From assembly GCA_965204745.1 (NCBI GenBank), contig OZ242010.1:4576001-4640000 (forward strand): a DNA stretch of 64,000 bases, given 5' to 3'. Shown one piece after another: positions 9,594 to 19,455 of the stretch. The position numbers and the translations under genes were made by a program. The stretch's first letter is position 1. Each line of letters begins with the position of its first letter. The DNA comes from Candidatus Latescibacterota bacterium. Lineage in GTDB: Bacteria; Latescibacterota; UBA2968. A model generated the notes under the pieces. It saw nothing but the letters and a program-made list of their open reading frames with translations, did not search any database and had not been told where the DNA came from.

Positions 9594-10357
9594 GGACCTA
9601 CCCCCCTGGCCCCGTTACTCGCTACGCTTCGTTGTAGGCTACGCCTGTGCCTGCGAGGAAGGGGGGAACGGTGAGCGGTTTTGCGAGGTGGGACCTACCC
9701 CCTGGCCCCCTTCCTAAGAGGAAGGGGGAATGGTGAGAGGTCTTCCGAGGGGAATGGCGATAGGTTTTTGGGGGTTCATGGCGTGATCCATTCGCCCAAA
9801 GCCATCAGAACAGCCAGGGATACAAACCTTTCAGAAAGCCATGCGCTCCCCCTTTCCTTGTAGGAAAGGGGGCCGGGGGGATAGGTTTTGCGAGGTGGGA
9901 CCTACCCCCTGGCCCCCTTCCTGCGAGGAAGGGGGAACTGTAAGCGGTTTTGCGAGGGGAATGGCGATGGGTCTTGCGAGGGATTTGCGCGGGGGAGAGT
10001 TGGGTTTCTATGGCGTGATCCATTCGCCCAAAGCCATCAGAACAAGCATAGATATAAGCCATCAAAGGAACTCTACTCCCCTTTCCTAGTAGGAAAGGGG
10101 CCGGGGGATAGGTCCCAAACGCCATCAAAACAGCTAGGGATCCAAACCTTCAAGAAAGCCATGCGCTCCCCCTTTTCTCGTAGGCACAGGCGTAGCCTAC
10201 AATGAGCGAAGCGAATAACGGGGGCCGGGGGGATAGGTCTCTATGGCGGCAGGGGATGCGAAGGACACAGTGCAGGGAAAGGACGAAGCGGCGGTAGGGA
10301 TGTGTGGGGTAATCCGCGCAATCCGCGTAATCCGTTTAATCCGCGATTCAGACACGC
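9594..10357 (+). repeat. Compound array of family A elements; inverted counterpart of 3781-4111
   Basis: Multiple ggacctacccc(c)tggccccc(t)tcct..aggaaggggg units; ends with aatccgcg arrays and gattcagacacg, the reverse complement of 3783-3828. Confidence 0.8.
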
Positions 10358-10432
10358 ACGGGCGGTTGAGTGGAGCGGTGAGCTCTCGCCCTTCTGTTTC
10401 TCTCGTTCCCATCTCGCCCTTCATCTATTCTT

Positions 10433-11452
10433 TCATCCCCATGGTTTCAAAACGACCTTTGCACACGCGCCTGTGGTTTGCAATTCCCAGGCTTTTTGAA
10501 CGTCGTCCAGTGAAAACATGTGTGAAATCAGCCGGTCCAATTTGTCTGCATTTGCGCGGACGACCTGCATCAACTTGGGCATGTCTTGCAAATTGTAATG
10601 CCATGATCCGACGAGCGTAATCCCTTTGCGGATCATATCTCGGCTGATACGCAGGGGCGTGTCTTCCCCGCATTCGCCCACAAATGCCACTTGCCCGCGC
10701 CGTCTCACCGCGTCGATGCACAGCCGATGCGCGGGCACTGCGCCCGAGCAATCCACAGCCGCATCCACGCCGACCCCGTCCGTCAAGTCCATAACTCGTT
10801 GCAACGCCTGATCATCTGCGGGATCGATCACCTCGTCCGCGCCCAATGCAAGGGCTTTCTCGCGCCGCCACGGATTGATATCCACGGCGATCACGCGCGC
10901 GCCTCGGTGCTTGCCATTGATCACGCCCCCAAGGCCCACAGGCCCTAAGCCCGTCACCATCAACGTATCAAACGCCCCTATCCCCATGCGCTGTGCCGCG
11001 CCAAAGGTGGGGCCTAAACCGCAACAGGCCATCCCCCCGTGTGCGTAGGAAACATCATCCGGCAGTTTGGGCAACAACCAGTCCGGCTTTAACAGATATT
11101 GCGCCATCGTGGCTCGGCCCTCGGCACTACCCGTAAATTGGTCAAACGCGACATTGTGCTGGCAATGGATGTAATCGCCACGGATGCACAGGGCACAGAC
11201 CCCGCACGGATATTGCGGCATCACCGCCACGCGGTCGCCCACCGCCACGCGCACGGGTTGGGCAGTTTCGACCACTTCCCCTGCGGCTTCGTGCCCCAAC
11301 GAGGTCGTCGCCCTGCCATTCGCAAAGCCCTTGTACTCGGTACACATCGGCGCGGCGTGAACTTTGACCAACACCCAATTCTCTTTTGGCTTCGGCTCTG
11401 GGACGTCGATCACACCGCCCTCGCGCTCCCCAAAAATTGCAGCGACTCTCAT
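10433..11452 (-). CDS. Zinc-binding alcohol dehydrogenase (MDR superfamily)
   Basis: GHEAAGEVVE motif, CGVCALC..GDYIHC structural Zn site, GLGPVG Rossmann motif. Confidence 0.9.
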   Translation of the reverse strand: MRVAAIFGEREGGVIDVPEPKPKENWVLVKVHAAPMCTEYKGFANGRATTSLGHEAAGEVVETAQPVRVAVGDRVAVMPQYPCGVCALCIRGDYIHCQHNVAFDQFTGSAEGRATMAQYLLKPDWLLPKLPDDVSYAHGGMACCGLGPTFGAAQRMGIGAFDTLMVTGLGPVGLGGVINGKHRGARVIAVDINPWRREKALALGADEVIDPADDQALQRVMDLTDGVGVDAAVDCSGAVPAHRLCIDAVRRRGQVAFVGECGEDTPLRISRDMIRKGITLVGSWHYNLQDMPKLMQVVRANADKLDRLISHMFSLDDVQKAWELQTTGACAKVVLKPWG

Positions 11453-11599
11453 TTGCCACCTCCCAAATAAAGTTGACAGGGTTCGGACATCGGTATTCAT
11501 TCAGACGAATCAGGCGTAATGGGCGGGGACTGATAACTGACAACTGCCTCTCCCCTCTTGCCTCTCCCCTCTTGTATCTTGGAAGTAAGGGTTAATTAG

Positions 11600-11790
11600 G
11601 AGTTGCGCCCTCGTATCGAGATAAGCCATCTTGATGCCCGGCTCGGGGAAGGCCGGCCCCTCTTGAAGGCGATGACCTTGTAGGTAAGATAGGCCCCCCG
11701 ACCGCCGGGTCTATGCCGAAGAGTATCTAAGCCCCTTGAGGCTGCATATACAAGACCGGTAGACTTGGCGTCAATGGTCGGGACGCGACC
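11600..11790 (+). ncRNA. Predicted IS110 bridge RNA (target- and donor-binding loops); ends approximate
   Basis: Two stem-internal loop-stem domains with guides CCCCTCT (11657-63) and AGGTAAG (11682-88) matching the target, and AGAGTATCT (11720-28) and ATACAAG (11748-54) matching the donor. Confidence 0.8.
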
Positions 11791-11839
11791 CCGAGCGCGC
11801 ACCAGATCCCTTACAACCCCCTCATCACAGGAGGCCCCC

Positions 11840-12847
11840 ATGTCGAAATCTCACCCCGCTTTTGCCGGCATTGATGTCAGTGCCCGCACGTTGTCCGTTG
11901 CCCTGTCCAGACCCGGACAAGCTGTCATGCAAGCGACCTTTGCCAATGATCCCCAAGCGCATAAGCGGTTGCTGAAGTGGCTCACGAAGGGCGGGCACAT
12001 GGTCTCTGTGTGCCTCGAAGCGACCGGGCTTTACAGTTTGGGGGTGGCCTTGGCCTTGCATCGGCATCGCCACACAAAGGTCATGGTCGTCAATCCCAAA
12101 GCGATGAGCAAGTACGCCCAAGCCTGCATGCAACGGGCGAAGACGGATGCGAAGGATGCGTTGTTGATCCTCGACTATGCCGAGCGCATGCCTTTTGTGC
12201 CTTGGCAAGCGCCGAGCGAGCAACGGCTTCAACTGCAAGCCCTCACCAGACGCATTGACCAACTCAAGCAGGAGATCATCCGCGAACAGAGCCGCAACCA
12301 CGCGCAGAGCTACCACATCCGCAGCACACGTCTCATCGCACGCGATATTCAGGTGAATATTCGACACTTCAAACGCCGGATTGCATACTTGGAAAGCCAA
12401 GCCCTCGATCTCGTTTTGCACGATGAGCCCCTCAAGCGTGCCTACCAACGCCTCTGCTCGACGCCTGGCATCGCGCAAACGAGTGCCTTGCGGCTCTTGG
12501 CCGAGTTGACCCTTTTGCCAGAGGAGATGCAACCGCCCCAGTGGGTCGCACATGCAGGCCTGGATCCCAAACCCAAACAATCCGGAACCGCCAATCCACA
12601 AAGACGCATCTCGAAAACCGGGAATAAGTACCTCCGCCATGCCCTCTATATGCCTGCCTGGGTGGCCATCAGACACGAAGGCCATGTCAAAGCCTTCTAT
12701 GACCAACTCATCGCCCGCGGCAAGAAACCTTTGCAGGCTATCGTTGCGGTGATGCGAAAGTTGCTCCATTCGATCTGGGGCATGTTGCGCCATGACCAAG
12801 ATTTTGAGGGCGAAAAATTCTATCGAATCACCCCGAAAACCCCTTGA
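11840..12847 (+). CDS. IS110 family DEDD recombinase/transposase
   Basis: GIDVS, LEATG and AKTDAKDA RuvC-like DEDD motifs; PGI and QSGT..RRISKTGN.YLR..LY C-terminal domain; SD AGGAGG. Confidence 0.95.
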   Translation: MSKSHPAFAGIDVSARTLSVALSRPGQAVMQATFANDPQAHKRLLKWLTKGGHMVSVCLEATGLYSLGVALALHRHRHTKVMVVNPKAMSKYAQACMQRAKTDAKDALLILDYAERMPFVPWQAPSEQRLQLQALTRRIDQLKQEIIREQSRNHAQSYHIRSTRLIARDIQVNIRHFKRRIAYLESQALDLVLHDEPLKRAYQRLCSTPGIAQTSALRLLAELTLLPEEMQPPQWVAHAGLDPKPKQSGTANPQRRISKTGNKYLRHALYMPAWVAIRHEGHVKAFYDQLIARGKKPLQAIVAVMRKLLHSIWGMLRHDQDFEGEKFYRITPKTP

Positions 12848-12910
12848 CCTTTTAAGAGAGTATCTTACCTTTTTGCCTTTCACTTCTCGAAAAAACAAGG
12901 GAAGCCCAAC

Positions 12911-13993
12911 ATGAAAAAACCCATCCGCATGGCGATAGTTGGCGTGGGGCGCATTGGCGTGTTTCACGCTCGGCACGTTCAAGAACTCGCCCGCGAGACC
13001 GGGCAGTGCGAACTCGTGGCCGTGGCGGACACTTATGCTGACACGGCTGTGCGCGTCGTTGCCGAACTTCAGGCCGATCAGGAAGTCGAAATTCGCGCTT
13101 TCAAGAACGTGTTTGACCTCGCGGCGGCGAACCTCATTGACGCGGCGTTTATCGCGTCTCGCACCGAAGACCATGAACGCGATGCGCGAACCCTCATCGA
13201 CGCGGGTTGCCGCGTGCTCTTGGAAAAACCATTGACCGATTCGCTCGCATCTGCCCGAGCATTTATCGCGGACCTCAACCGCGATGCCACGCGCAAGAAC
13301 GCGCTGATGCTGGCTTTTATGCGCCGCTATGACCCCCCGTTGCTCAAAGTCAAAGCGCTGATCGACCAAAACGCCATTGGCAAAATTTTCAAAATCGTCT
13401 CGGTTCTCGAAGACCCGATTCCACCGCCCGAGGGTTACAACAGCGCGGGCTTGCTCAGCGACATGGCGGTTCACAACTGCGACGAAATCCTCTGGCTACT
13501 CGGTTGCCCCATGCCCGAATACGTGGCCGCGTTTGGGTCCAATCTTTACAACAGCACCATCAGCACGGTTCCAGAAGATTACGACGACGCGTTTTTGCAG
13601 ATGTGGTTCCCCGGGCACTTGATCGGTCAAGTCTCGGTCAGCCGCAATCACGTCGCGGGATATCGCAACGCCACTTGGGTCTATGGCGATCAAGGGGTGA
13701 TTCACGTCGGCCACTTTCGGGAAAACCCGCTCGCGGTCACAGTCGAAGCCTACGGTCGCAATGGCATCATCCACGAGGAAACCATCGCCCTGCGCGACTA
13801 CGGCTCGGATGTGCCCGTGTTCATCACCCGATTCGGCGAATCCTACAAAAACGAACTCGCGGATTTCATCACCCACTGCATCGCCGACACCCCATTCAGC
13901 GTCACGCACGAAGACGGGTACAAAGCCATGAAAATCGCCATGATCGGCGGCGAATCAATACGTCCGAAAGAGGCCGCGCAAAAGATAGCGTAA
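12911..13993 (+). CDS. Gfo/Idh/MocA family oxidoreductase (inositol 2-dehydrogenase-like)
   Basis: IVGVGRIG, VLLEKPL, AFMRRYDP and DMAVHNCD motifs. Confidence 0.88.
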   Translation: MKKPIRMAIVGVGRIGVFHARHVQELARETGQCELVAVADTYADTAVRVVAELQADQEVEIRAFKNVFDLAAANLIDAAFIASRTEDHERDARTLIDAGCRVLLEKPLTDSLASARAFIADLNRDATRKNALMLAFMRRYDPPLLKVKALIDQNAIGKIFKIVSVLEDPIPPPEGYNSAGLLSDMAVHNCDEILWLLGCPMPEYVAAFGSNLYNSTISTVPEDYDDAFLQMWFPGHLIGQVSVSRNHVAGYRNATWVYGDQGVIHVGHFRENPLAVTVEAYGRNGIIHEETIALRDYGSDVPVFITRFGESYKNELADFITHCIADTPFSVTHEDGYKAMKIAMIGGESIRPKEAAQKIA

Positions 13994-14149
13994 ATTAGCT
14001 ACCCGTCCCCGCTCCTATTTCTACCGCACTCACGCACACGGCCGGGCGGATGGGCGGCGGGGAACGCACGGGTTGGGGGCTAGGGGGTTAGGTCTCGATG
14101 ATGGAGCGTTCCTTTTGCACCTCGCTCGTGGCTAAATTCGCGCCTCGCC

Positions 14150-15376
14150 TCACTCATATCTGATAGCTTCAACGGGATCCAGCTCTGCGGCGCGTTTTGC
14201 GGGCCAGCGGGTGAATGCGAGGCAGAGCAACAATGCCAGTGCCGAGATGAGGATGAAATCCAGTGCGTTCATCGTCACGGGCAGGGCATTGATGAAATAG
14301 ATGTCGCCGGAAAGTGAAATCGGGGCATAAGTCTTCTGGATCCAGCACAGGCACCCGCCCAACACATTGCCGAACAACACCCCGGCCGCGCCGATCAGCA
14401 GCCCTTCTCGGGAGAAAATTTGTGCGATGCTTTTGGGGGCCGCGCCCATCGCCTTCAAAATGCCAATTTCGCGCCTGCGCTCATTCACTGCCAGCGTCAA
14501 AATGCTGATGACGTTGAACCCCGCGACCACCACAATCAGGCTCAACACCACAAAACTCGCCCATTTTTGCAACCAGATCCACGCGTACAAATTGCCCTGT
14601 GCATACATCCAAGATGTGGGAAACAGGTCGGGATGCGCCGCCTTCAACACCTCGCGCAATTCAGTGCTGACGCGATTGGCTTCAAACGCATGAACCAAGC
14701 GCACTTGAATGCCCGTCGCGTGATCCCCCCACTTCAAATCGCGTTGTGTAGCCGCGAGGGGCACATAGACCAGCGCGGCGTCAAATTCGTAAAATCCCGT
14801 TTCAAAAATGCCGGTCACCGCGTATTGCCGAAGCGGGGGCATAAGGCCCGTGGTCACATCTTTGGGCGCGACCAAGAGGCGAATCGTCGATCCCACCGAA
14901 GCACCCAATTTTTTGGCGAGAGTTTTGCCGATCACCATTCCGAAAATGTCGCCATCCCCGTGCGTCAAGTCCCATATTCCTCGTAGGATCATCTCGCTCG
15001 CAACCCCCGCATTGTCCACCCCCCGAACCAGCACGCCCGATGTCACCGCGCCTATGCCTTTGACTGTCCGCAACACATACCCTTCTGTTTCGATGACGGG
15101 AGTGGCCGAAACCACCTCGGGGTGTTCTGCGATCAGTTGGATGATGGGGGCGTAATTTTCAATGTGGTCGCCATAAGGTCGTTGCACGGTCACATGGGGA
15201 TTCATGCCCACCTGACGATCAAAAATCATGTCCGCGTACCCGTTCATCACAGACAGGGTAATGATCAGCACGGCCACGCCAAGGCCGACGCCGACAATGG
15301 CGATGGCTGAGGTGAGGCCCATTTGCCGGCCCATGCTATACAGGTGCCGGCGCACGATGATCCATTCGTATTTCAT
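14150..15376 (-). CDS. LolC/E-type (FtsX-like) ABC transporter permease
   Basis: GVGLGVAVLIITLSVMNG, GIFETGFYEFD, VNERRREIGILKAMGA, PAKRAAELDPVEAIRYE. Confidence 0.88.
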   Translation of the reverse strand: MKYEWIIVRRHLYSMGRQMGLTSAIAIVGVGLGVAVLIITLSVMNGYADMIFDRQVGMNPHVTVQRPYGDHIENYAPIIQLIAEHPEVVSATPVIETEGYVLRTVKGIGAVTSGVLVRGVDNAGVASEMILRGIWDLTHGDGDIFGMVIGKTLAKKLGASVGSTIRLLVAPKDVTTGLMPPLRQYAVTGIFETGFYEFDAALVYVPLAATQRDLKWGDHATGIQVRLVHAFEANRVSTELREVLKAAHPDLFPTSWMYAQGNLYAWIWLQKWASFVVLSLIVVVAGFNVISILTLAVNERRREIGILKAMGAAPKSIAQIFSREGLLIGAAGVLFGNVLGGCLCWIQKTYAPISLSGDIYFINALPVTMNALDFILISALALLLCLAFTRWPAKRAAELDPVEAIRYE

Positions 15377-15417
15377 GATAGTTGTCAATGCGAATAAAGC
15401 GTTGAATCCATTTATTG

Positions 15418-15620
15418 GGACCTACCCCCCTGGCCCCCCTTCCTGTGAGGAAGGGGGGAATGGCGAGAGGTTGTGCGAGGGGTTTGGGTTTCTAGGGCGT
15501 GATCTATTCGCTCAAAGCCATCAGAACAGCTAGGGAGACAAACCTTCAAAAAGCCATGCGCTCCCCCTTTCCTTGTAGGAAAGGGGGCCGGGGGGATAGG
15601 TCCTACGAGGAAGGGGAAGA
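15418..15620 (+). repeat. Family A element copy
   Basis: ggacctacccccctggccccc...ggggggataggtcc, same internal sequence as 9594-9885. Confidence 0.8.
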
Positions 15621-15888
15621 ACATCTCTCGTTGCGGAGAGGCGCCGGATGACTCGTCCATGTCTTTGGGCGATTGGTCTCGGCTTGCTTCTTACTCGCTT
15701 TCTACTCTTAATTCGCATTGTCGGTTGTCAGTTGTCAGTCCGCCCAGCAATTCGCGTGATAAGTTGCCTGCTCGTTGTCCGCATACCGCATTACACGAGG
15801 CCAACAGCTTGGTATCACTGGGCGGGCACGGGGGCCACGGCCCTACGCGCTTACACCCGCAGGGCCATGCCTGTGTTTATCTGTGTTC

Positions 15889-16728
15889 TTATGTGGTTGC
15901 TTCCCACACGCCGCGTTCAAAGCTGCGGGGGAGGAAGCCCAATTCGCGTCTGGATTCGGAGATGTCAAAGGCTCGGTCTTCGTTCATGCGCCGCACTTGA
16001 TCGGCTTGCAGGGGAAAGTTGGGTAGCCATTTTTCGCACAGGCCGACCAGCGGCAGGGCGACAAATAGTGGGATGTGAATTTTCAGCACCAACCGCTCGG
16101 CCACCTGCGCCAGTGTGTCGATCATGTCGCAATACGTCATGGGTTGGGGGCCAGCCAGCGTATAGGCTTTGCCAATCGCGCCTGTTCGCCAGAGCGCGCT
16201 TATGACCGCGGTTGCCACATCTTCCACATAGACCGGTTGCACCAGATTGTCGCCCGTGCCGAAAATGGGCATCAGGCGGTGGCGGTTCAAAAACGCATAG
16301 AGCCGCGACAAATTGCGATCATCCCCAGGCCCGTAAATCATGGACGGCCGCAACAGGGTATAGTCCAAATCAGATGAGATGACAGCCTCTTCCCCTGCGA
16401 TGACCGCACCTACGCTGTCGGCATTGACCTTTGAAAACCGCCTCGCTGAACTGAAGAACACAGCGCGTTTGACGCCCGCTTTGGAACAGGCATCGACGAG
16501 TTGTGGGGCAAACCGAATGTGTGCCACGCTGATCGCCGAGGTGCATCCAGCAAGCGCGTCGACAAACGACTCGGGGCGTTCCAAATCGCCTTTGTGGAAA
16601 GACACGCCATCCGATTCGCACTTCGGGAGATCGCGCCGCACCAAGCAACGTGCGTGTTCGCCGGCCCTTAAAAGGGCGTCCAAGACAAATTGACCGGTAT
16701 AGCCGGTCGCGCCGGTGAGAAAAATCAT
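15889..16728 (-). CDS. NAD-dependent epimerase/dehydratase (atypical SDR)
   Basis: TGATGYTG, LLRPSMIYGPGD, QPVYVEDVA. Confidence 0.88.
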   Translation of the reverse strand: MIFLTGATGYTGQFVLDALLRAGEHARCLVRRDLPKCESDGVSFHKGDLERPESFVDALAGCTSAISVAHIRFAPQLVDACSKAGVKRAVFFSSARRFSKVNADSVGAVIAGEEAVISSDLDYTLLRPSMIYGPGDDRNLSRLYAFLNRHRLMPIFGTGDNLVQPVYVEDVATAVISALWRTGAIGKAYTLAGPQPMTYCDMIDTLAQVAERLVLKIHIPLFVALPLVGLCEKWLPNFPLQADQVRRMNEDRAFDISESRRELGFLPRSFERGVWEATT

Positions 16729-16746
16729 GGGAGTCAGTGGTCAGTA

Positions 16747-17247
16747 GGTTGTGTTGACATTTACGAGCCATGCAACTGGCTCGGTTTATCGAGAAAATCA
16801 AGCCCTATCTCAGAATATGCTCTCGGTCTGAGAAACTGGAACAGTCGCTCCTTCAGCATCCTCGCTTTTGCGACCACGCTCATCGTATTCACTGCCGTTC
16901 CGCAGTTCAAAGAAGGCATCCCAACAATGCCATCGCAAAACCCCCTCCGATCAAGCCATCACGCACAGCGCGCAAGTCCGTCTCGCAACCAATGTCCATT
17001 ATGCCAACCTACTTTGCAGGCTAGCGCATGTCGTGTGATTACAAAAGCGATTTGCGCTGTGCAAGCCTCTCGGCGTTTGAGAGCGGCATTTTTTGCCTAC
17101 TTTTTTTTGCTGTTGAAAAAAAGTAGGTCGCCGAAGGCATCAAAGGCAACCAACGAGGCTGTAGGACCAAACGCCTTAAATGAGCAAGAAGCAACACAAC
17201 ACAGTTGCTACTCTGTGCGTAAAAAAAAATGAAGTGTCAACACGACC
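16747..17247. mobile_element. Non-autonomous MITE family B (~500 bp) with terminal inverted repeats, TA-flanked
   Basis: Left GGTTGTGTTGACA, right TGTCAACACGACC, TA on both sides; no transposase ORF; related pieces at 20530-20690, 28395-28479 and 29471-29845. Confidence 0.75.
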
Positions 17248-17275
17248 TAGCGCGGCGGGCGTTGATCGCTTGCTT

Positions 17276-18394
17276 TCACAATTTGCGATACAGTGCATCG
17301 AGGTGGGCGATCATTTTTTGGTGGGAAAAGTGTGCGCGGGCGTACTGCTCGGCTGCGCGTCCCATGCACTTGCGAAGCCGGGGGTTGGACAGCAATTTAT
17401 CTGTTGCGGAACACAGGGCGTCCACATCATTGGGCGGCAGCAACAGGCCGGTTTTGCCATCTTGCACGATTTCGGGGATGCCGCCGACTCGCGTTGCCAC
17501 CACCGGGACGCCGGCCGCCATCGCTTCCATCGCGGAAATGCCCGCGCCTTCAAAATCCGAACACGATACGAACACGTCCAAGTCCTTCAAAAATGCGCGT
17601 TTGTCCCGGCATATTCCCGAAAAAACAACGGGATTGCCCAGGGACGCAGACAGCCGGTGCAGGGCCTCGGCCGCCATCCCGTCGCCGGCGATTTCAAAAG
17701 AGACATCGGCATGGGTTTCGCGCAAGTGCCGCGCCATGCACACGAACAAATCCAGCCGCTTGATCGGGTAAAACATCGCCAAGGTTCCCACGCGGCGGCC
17801 CGTTCCGCGCTCGGCGGAGGCGAAAAAATCCACATCGATGCCATTGGCGATGACCTGAAAATCCTCGGGTGCTCCGAGGCGATAGGTCAGCAATCGCTGC
17901 TTCAGCGCGTCGCTCACGCAGACAAATCGATCCGTTATGCACGCGGTCACGCGCTCGGCACTGGCGTAGAACCAACTCTTCCACTTGGAAAAATATCCCT
18001 CTAACACATCGCCGTGATACGTGTGTACAATCGCGGGCACGCCGGCCAACCGGGCCGCGAATCGCCCCAAAATGCCGGCCTTGGACAAATGCGTATGCAC
18101 GACTTGCACGCGCTCCCGGCGCATCAGGCGGTAGAGATGCCAAAACGCCTTGAGGTCATGGATCGGATGGGGCGCACGGCGCAGCGCGGAGATGAGATGC
18201 AGGGATACGTTGAGCGCGCGCGCGTCTGCGATTAAATCCCCCTCGTTCTTTTCCGGCATGCCGGTCACGAGCGCGATGCGATACTGGTTTGGATCTAATC
18301 CGCCAATACCGGTCAAAACGCTTTGCGGCGCGCCCCCCACGGCCAAGCGCGTGATGATGACCATGATGCGGGTTCTCTTATCTGTTGGTTTCAT
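17276..18394 (-). CDS. Glycosyltransferase family 4 (GT-B)
   Basis: ITRLAVGGA, VHTHLSKAG, S.FEGAGISAMEAMAAGVPVVATRVGGIPE. Confidence 0.92.
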   Translation of the reverse strand: MKPTDKRTRIMVIITRLAVGGAPQSVLTGIGGLDPNQYRIALVTGMPEKNEGDLIADARALNVSLHLISALRRAPHPIHDLKAFWHLYRLMRRERVQVVHTHLSKAGILGRFAARLAGVPAIVHTYHGDVLEGYFSKWKSWFYASAERVTACITDRFVCVSDALKQRLLTYRLGAPEDFQVIANGIDVDFFASAERGTGRRVGTLAMFYPIKRLDLFVCMARHLRETHADVSFEIAGDGMAAEALHRLSASLGNPVVFSGICRDKRAFLKDLDVFVSCSDFEGAGISAMEAMAAGVPVVATRVGGIPEIVQDGKTGLLLPPNDVDALCSATDKLLSNPRLRKCMGRAAEQYARAHFSHQKMIAHLDALYRKL

Positions 18395-19347
18395 GGCTCA
18401 AACCGAAAAAATCGCAAGACCTTGCGCGTGCCCAAACAGCGGCGGCGTTGAATGGCGCGGCGTTTTTTTAGGGTTGCGGGCAACAATTTCAAAAAGTCGA
18501 GGTGCGCGCCCACAAACACGGGCAACCGATGCGGGATTCGCACGGCAATGCCGATCCAGTGCAACAACTCGCCCAACAGCAGGCACGGCAGAAGTACGAG
18601 GCCCTCGACGCAGGACGCATTTTTTGCGATGACCAAGTACCGATTTTTCCAAATATGGCGTTGCACGGCCGCGGGCTTGCTCAGGGTGCGGACCTTGCCG
18701 CCTTGGGAGCCGGAGCCCAGATGATAGGCCATGACCTCGGGCGCGAACGCGCATCGCCACCCGCGCAGTTGCGCCCGCCATGCCAGATCCACATCTTCCC
18801 AATACAAAAAAAAATCCTCGTCAAAAAACGAGTCGCCCTCGCGGATGTCATTCAGCATGTCGCGACGGCAAAAAAGCGCGGCGCCACTACCCGCAAAAAC
18901 AAATGCCCGCTCGGTCGTGTTGCGGCTGTTGACCACCTTTAACCACGGCTGCAACCACAGCCCCACATAGTCGATCTGATCCGTGTCGGCCTTGTAAATG
19001 CGGGCGGCGATGGACCCGATAGTCGGCTCCTGCTCAATCGCTTGCCGGGCGCGATACAAAAAATCCCGATCCAGAAACACATCGGTGTTCAGAATCAGGA
19101 TGTAATCGCTCGTCGTGTGGCGAATGCCCAGGTTGTACCCCCGCGCAAACCCCTCGTTATTGGGTCGCGCAATCAGTTGCACGCTCGGGTACCGCGTGCG
19201 GATCGAGGCGACGGATTCATCGGTCGAGCCATTGTCTATGACCACCACTTCATCGGGCCGTTGGGTTTGGGCAAAAACAGCGTCCAAACAGCGACCGATA
19301 AATGCCGCTCCATTCCAGTTGACGATGACCACGGCGATCTGTGTCAC
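18391..19347 (-). CDS. Glycosyltransferase family 2
   Basis: VVIVNWNG, IDNGSTD, LNTDV, FFLYWEDVDLAWR; probable GTG start at 19347; 4-nt overlap with the GT4 gene. Confidence 0.9.
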   Translation of the reverse strand: MTQIAVVIVNWNGAAFIGRCLDAVFAQTQRPDEVVVIDNGSTDESVASIRTRYPSVQLIARPNNEGFARGYNLGIRHTTSDYILILNTDVFLDRDFLYRARQAIEQEPTIGSIAARIYKADTDQIDYVGLWLQPWLKVVNSRNTTERAFVFAGSGAALFCRRDMLNDIREGDSFFDEDFFLYWEDVDLAWRAQLRGWRCAFAPEVMAYHLGSGSQGGKVRTLSKPAAVQRHIWKNRYLVIAKNASCVEGLVLLPCLLLGELLHWIGIAVRIPHRLPVFVGAHLDFLKLLPATLKKRRAIQRRRCLGTRKVLRFFRFEP

Positions 19348-19455
19348 CAAAAGACCTTTGCAATATGGGGTTTGAATCTGTCGAAAAGAATATGGCGAAA
19401 CCCCGGCCAAAAGTCAACCCGTTTGCAAACCTCGTCGCGCTTGACAGGGTAGATC

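Larger units (their letters stand above)
11571..12865 (+). mobile_element. IS110-family (IS621-like) insertion sequence, copy 1, CT core at both ends
   Basis: Boundaries set by comparison with copy 2: left CT|TGTATCTTGGAAG, right AAGAGAGTAT|CT; no terminal inverted repeats; long 5' non-coding end. Confidence 0.9.

Noticed and set aside
9594-10357. Repeated palindromes as a possible CRISPR array or attC cassette array
   Set aside because: Irregular spacing, the intervening sequences are themselves repeated, and no cas or integrase gene is present.
11574-11580. GTATCTT at both IS110 ends read as a 7-bp target duplication
   Set aside because: Guide matches place the core at CT 11571-72; the left GTATCTT is inside the element and supplies the predicted -10.
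11825-13474. 549-aa minus-strand ORF
   Set aside because: Antisense to the IS110 transposase and the Gfo/Idh/MocA gene, crosses the IS boundary, no motifs.
16690-17232. ORFs inside MITE B (also 29475-29909)
   Set aside because: No transposase motifs and frames are not conserved between copies.
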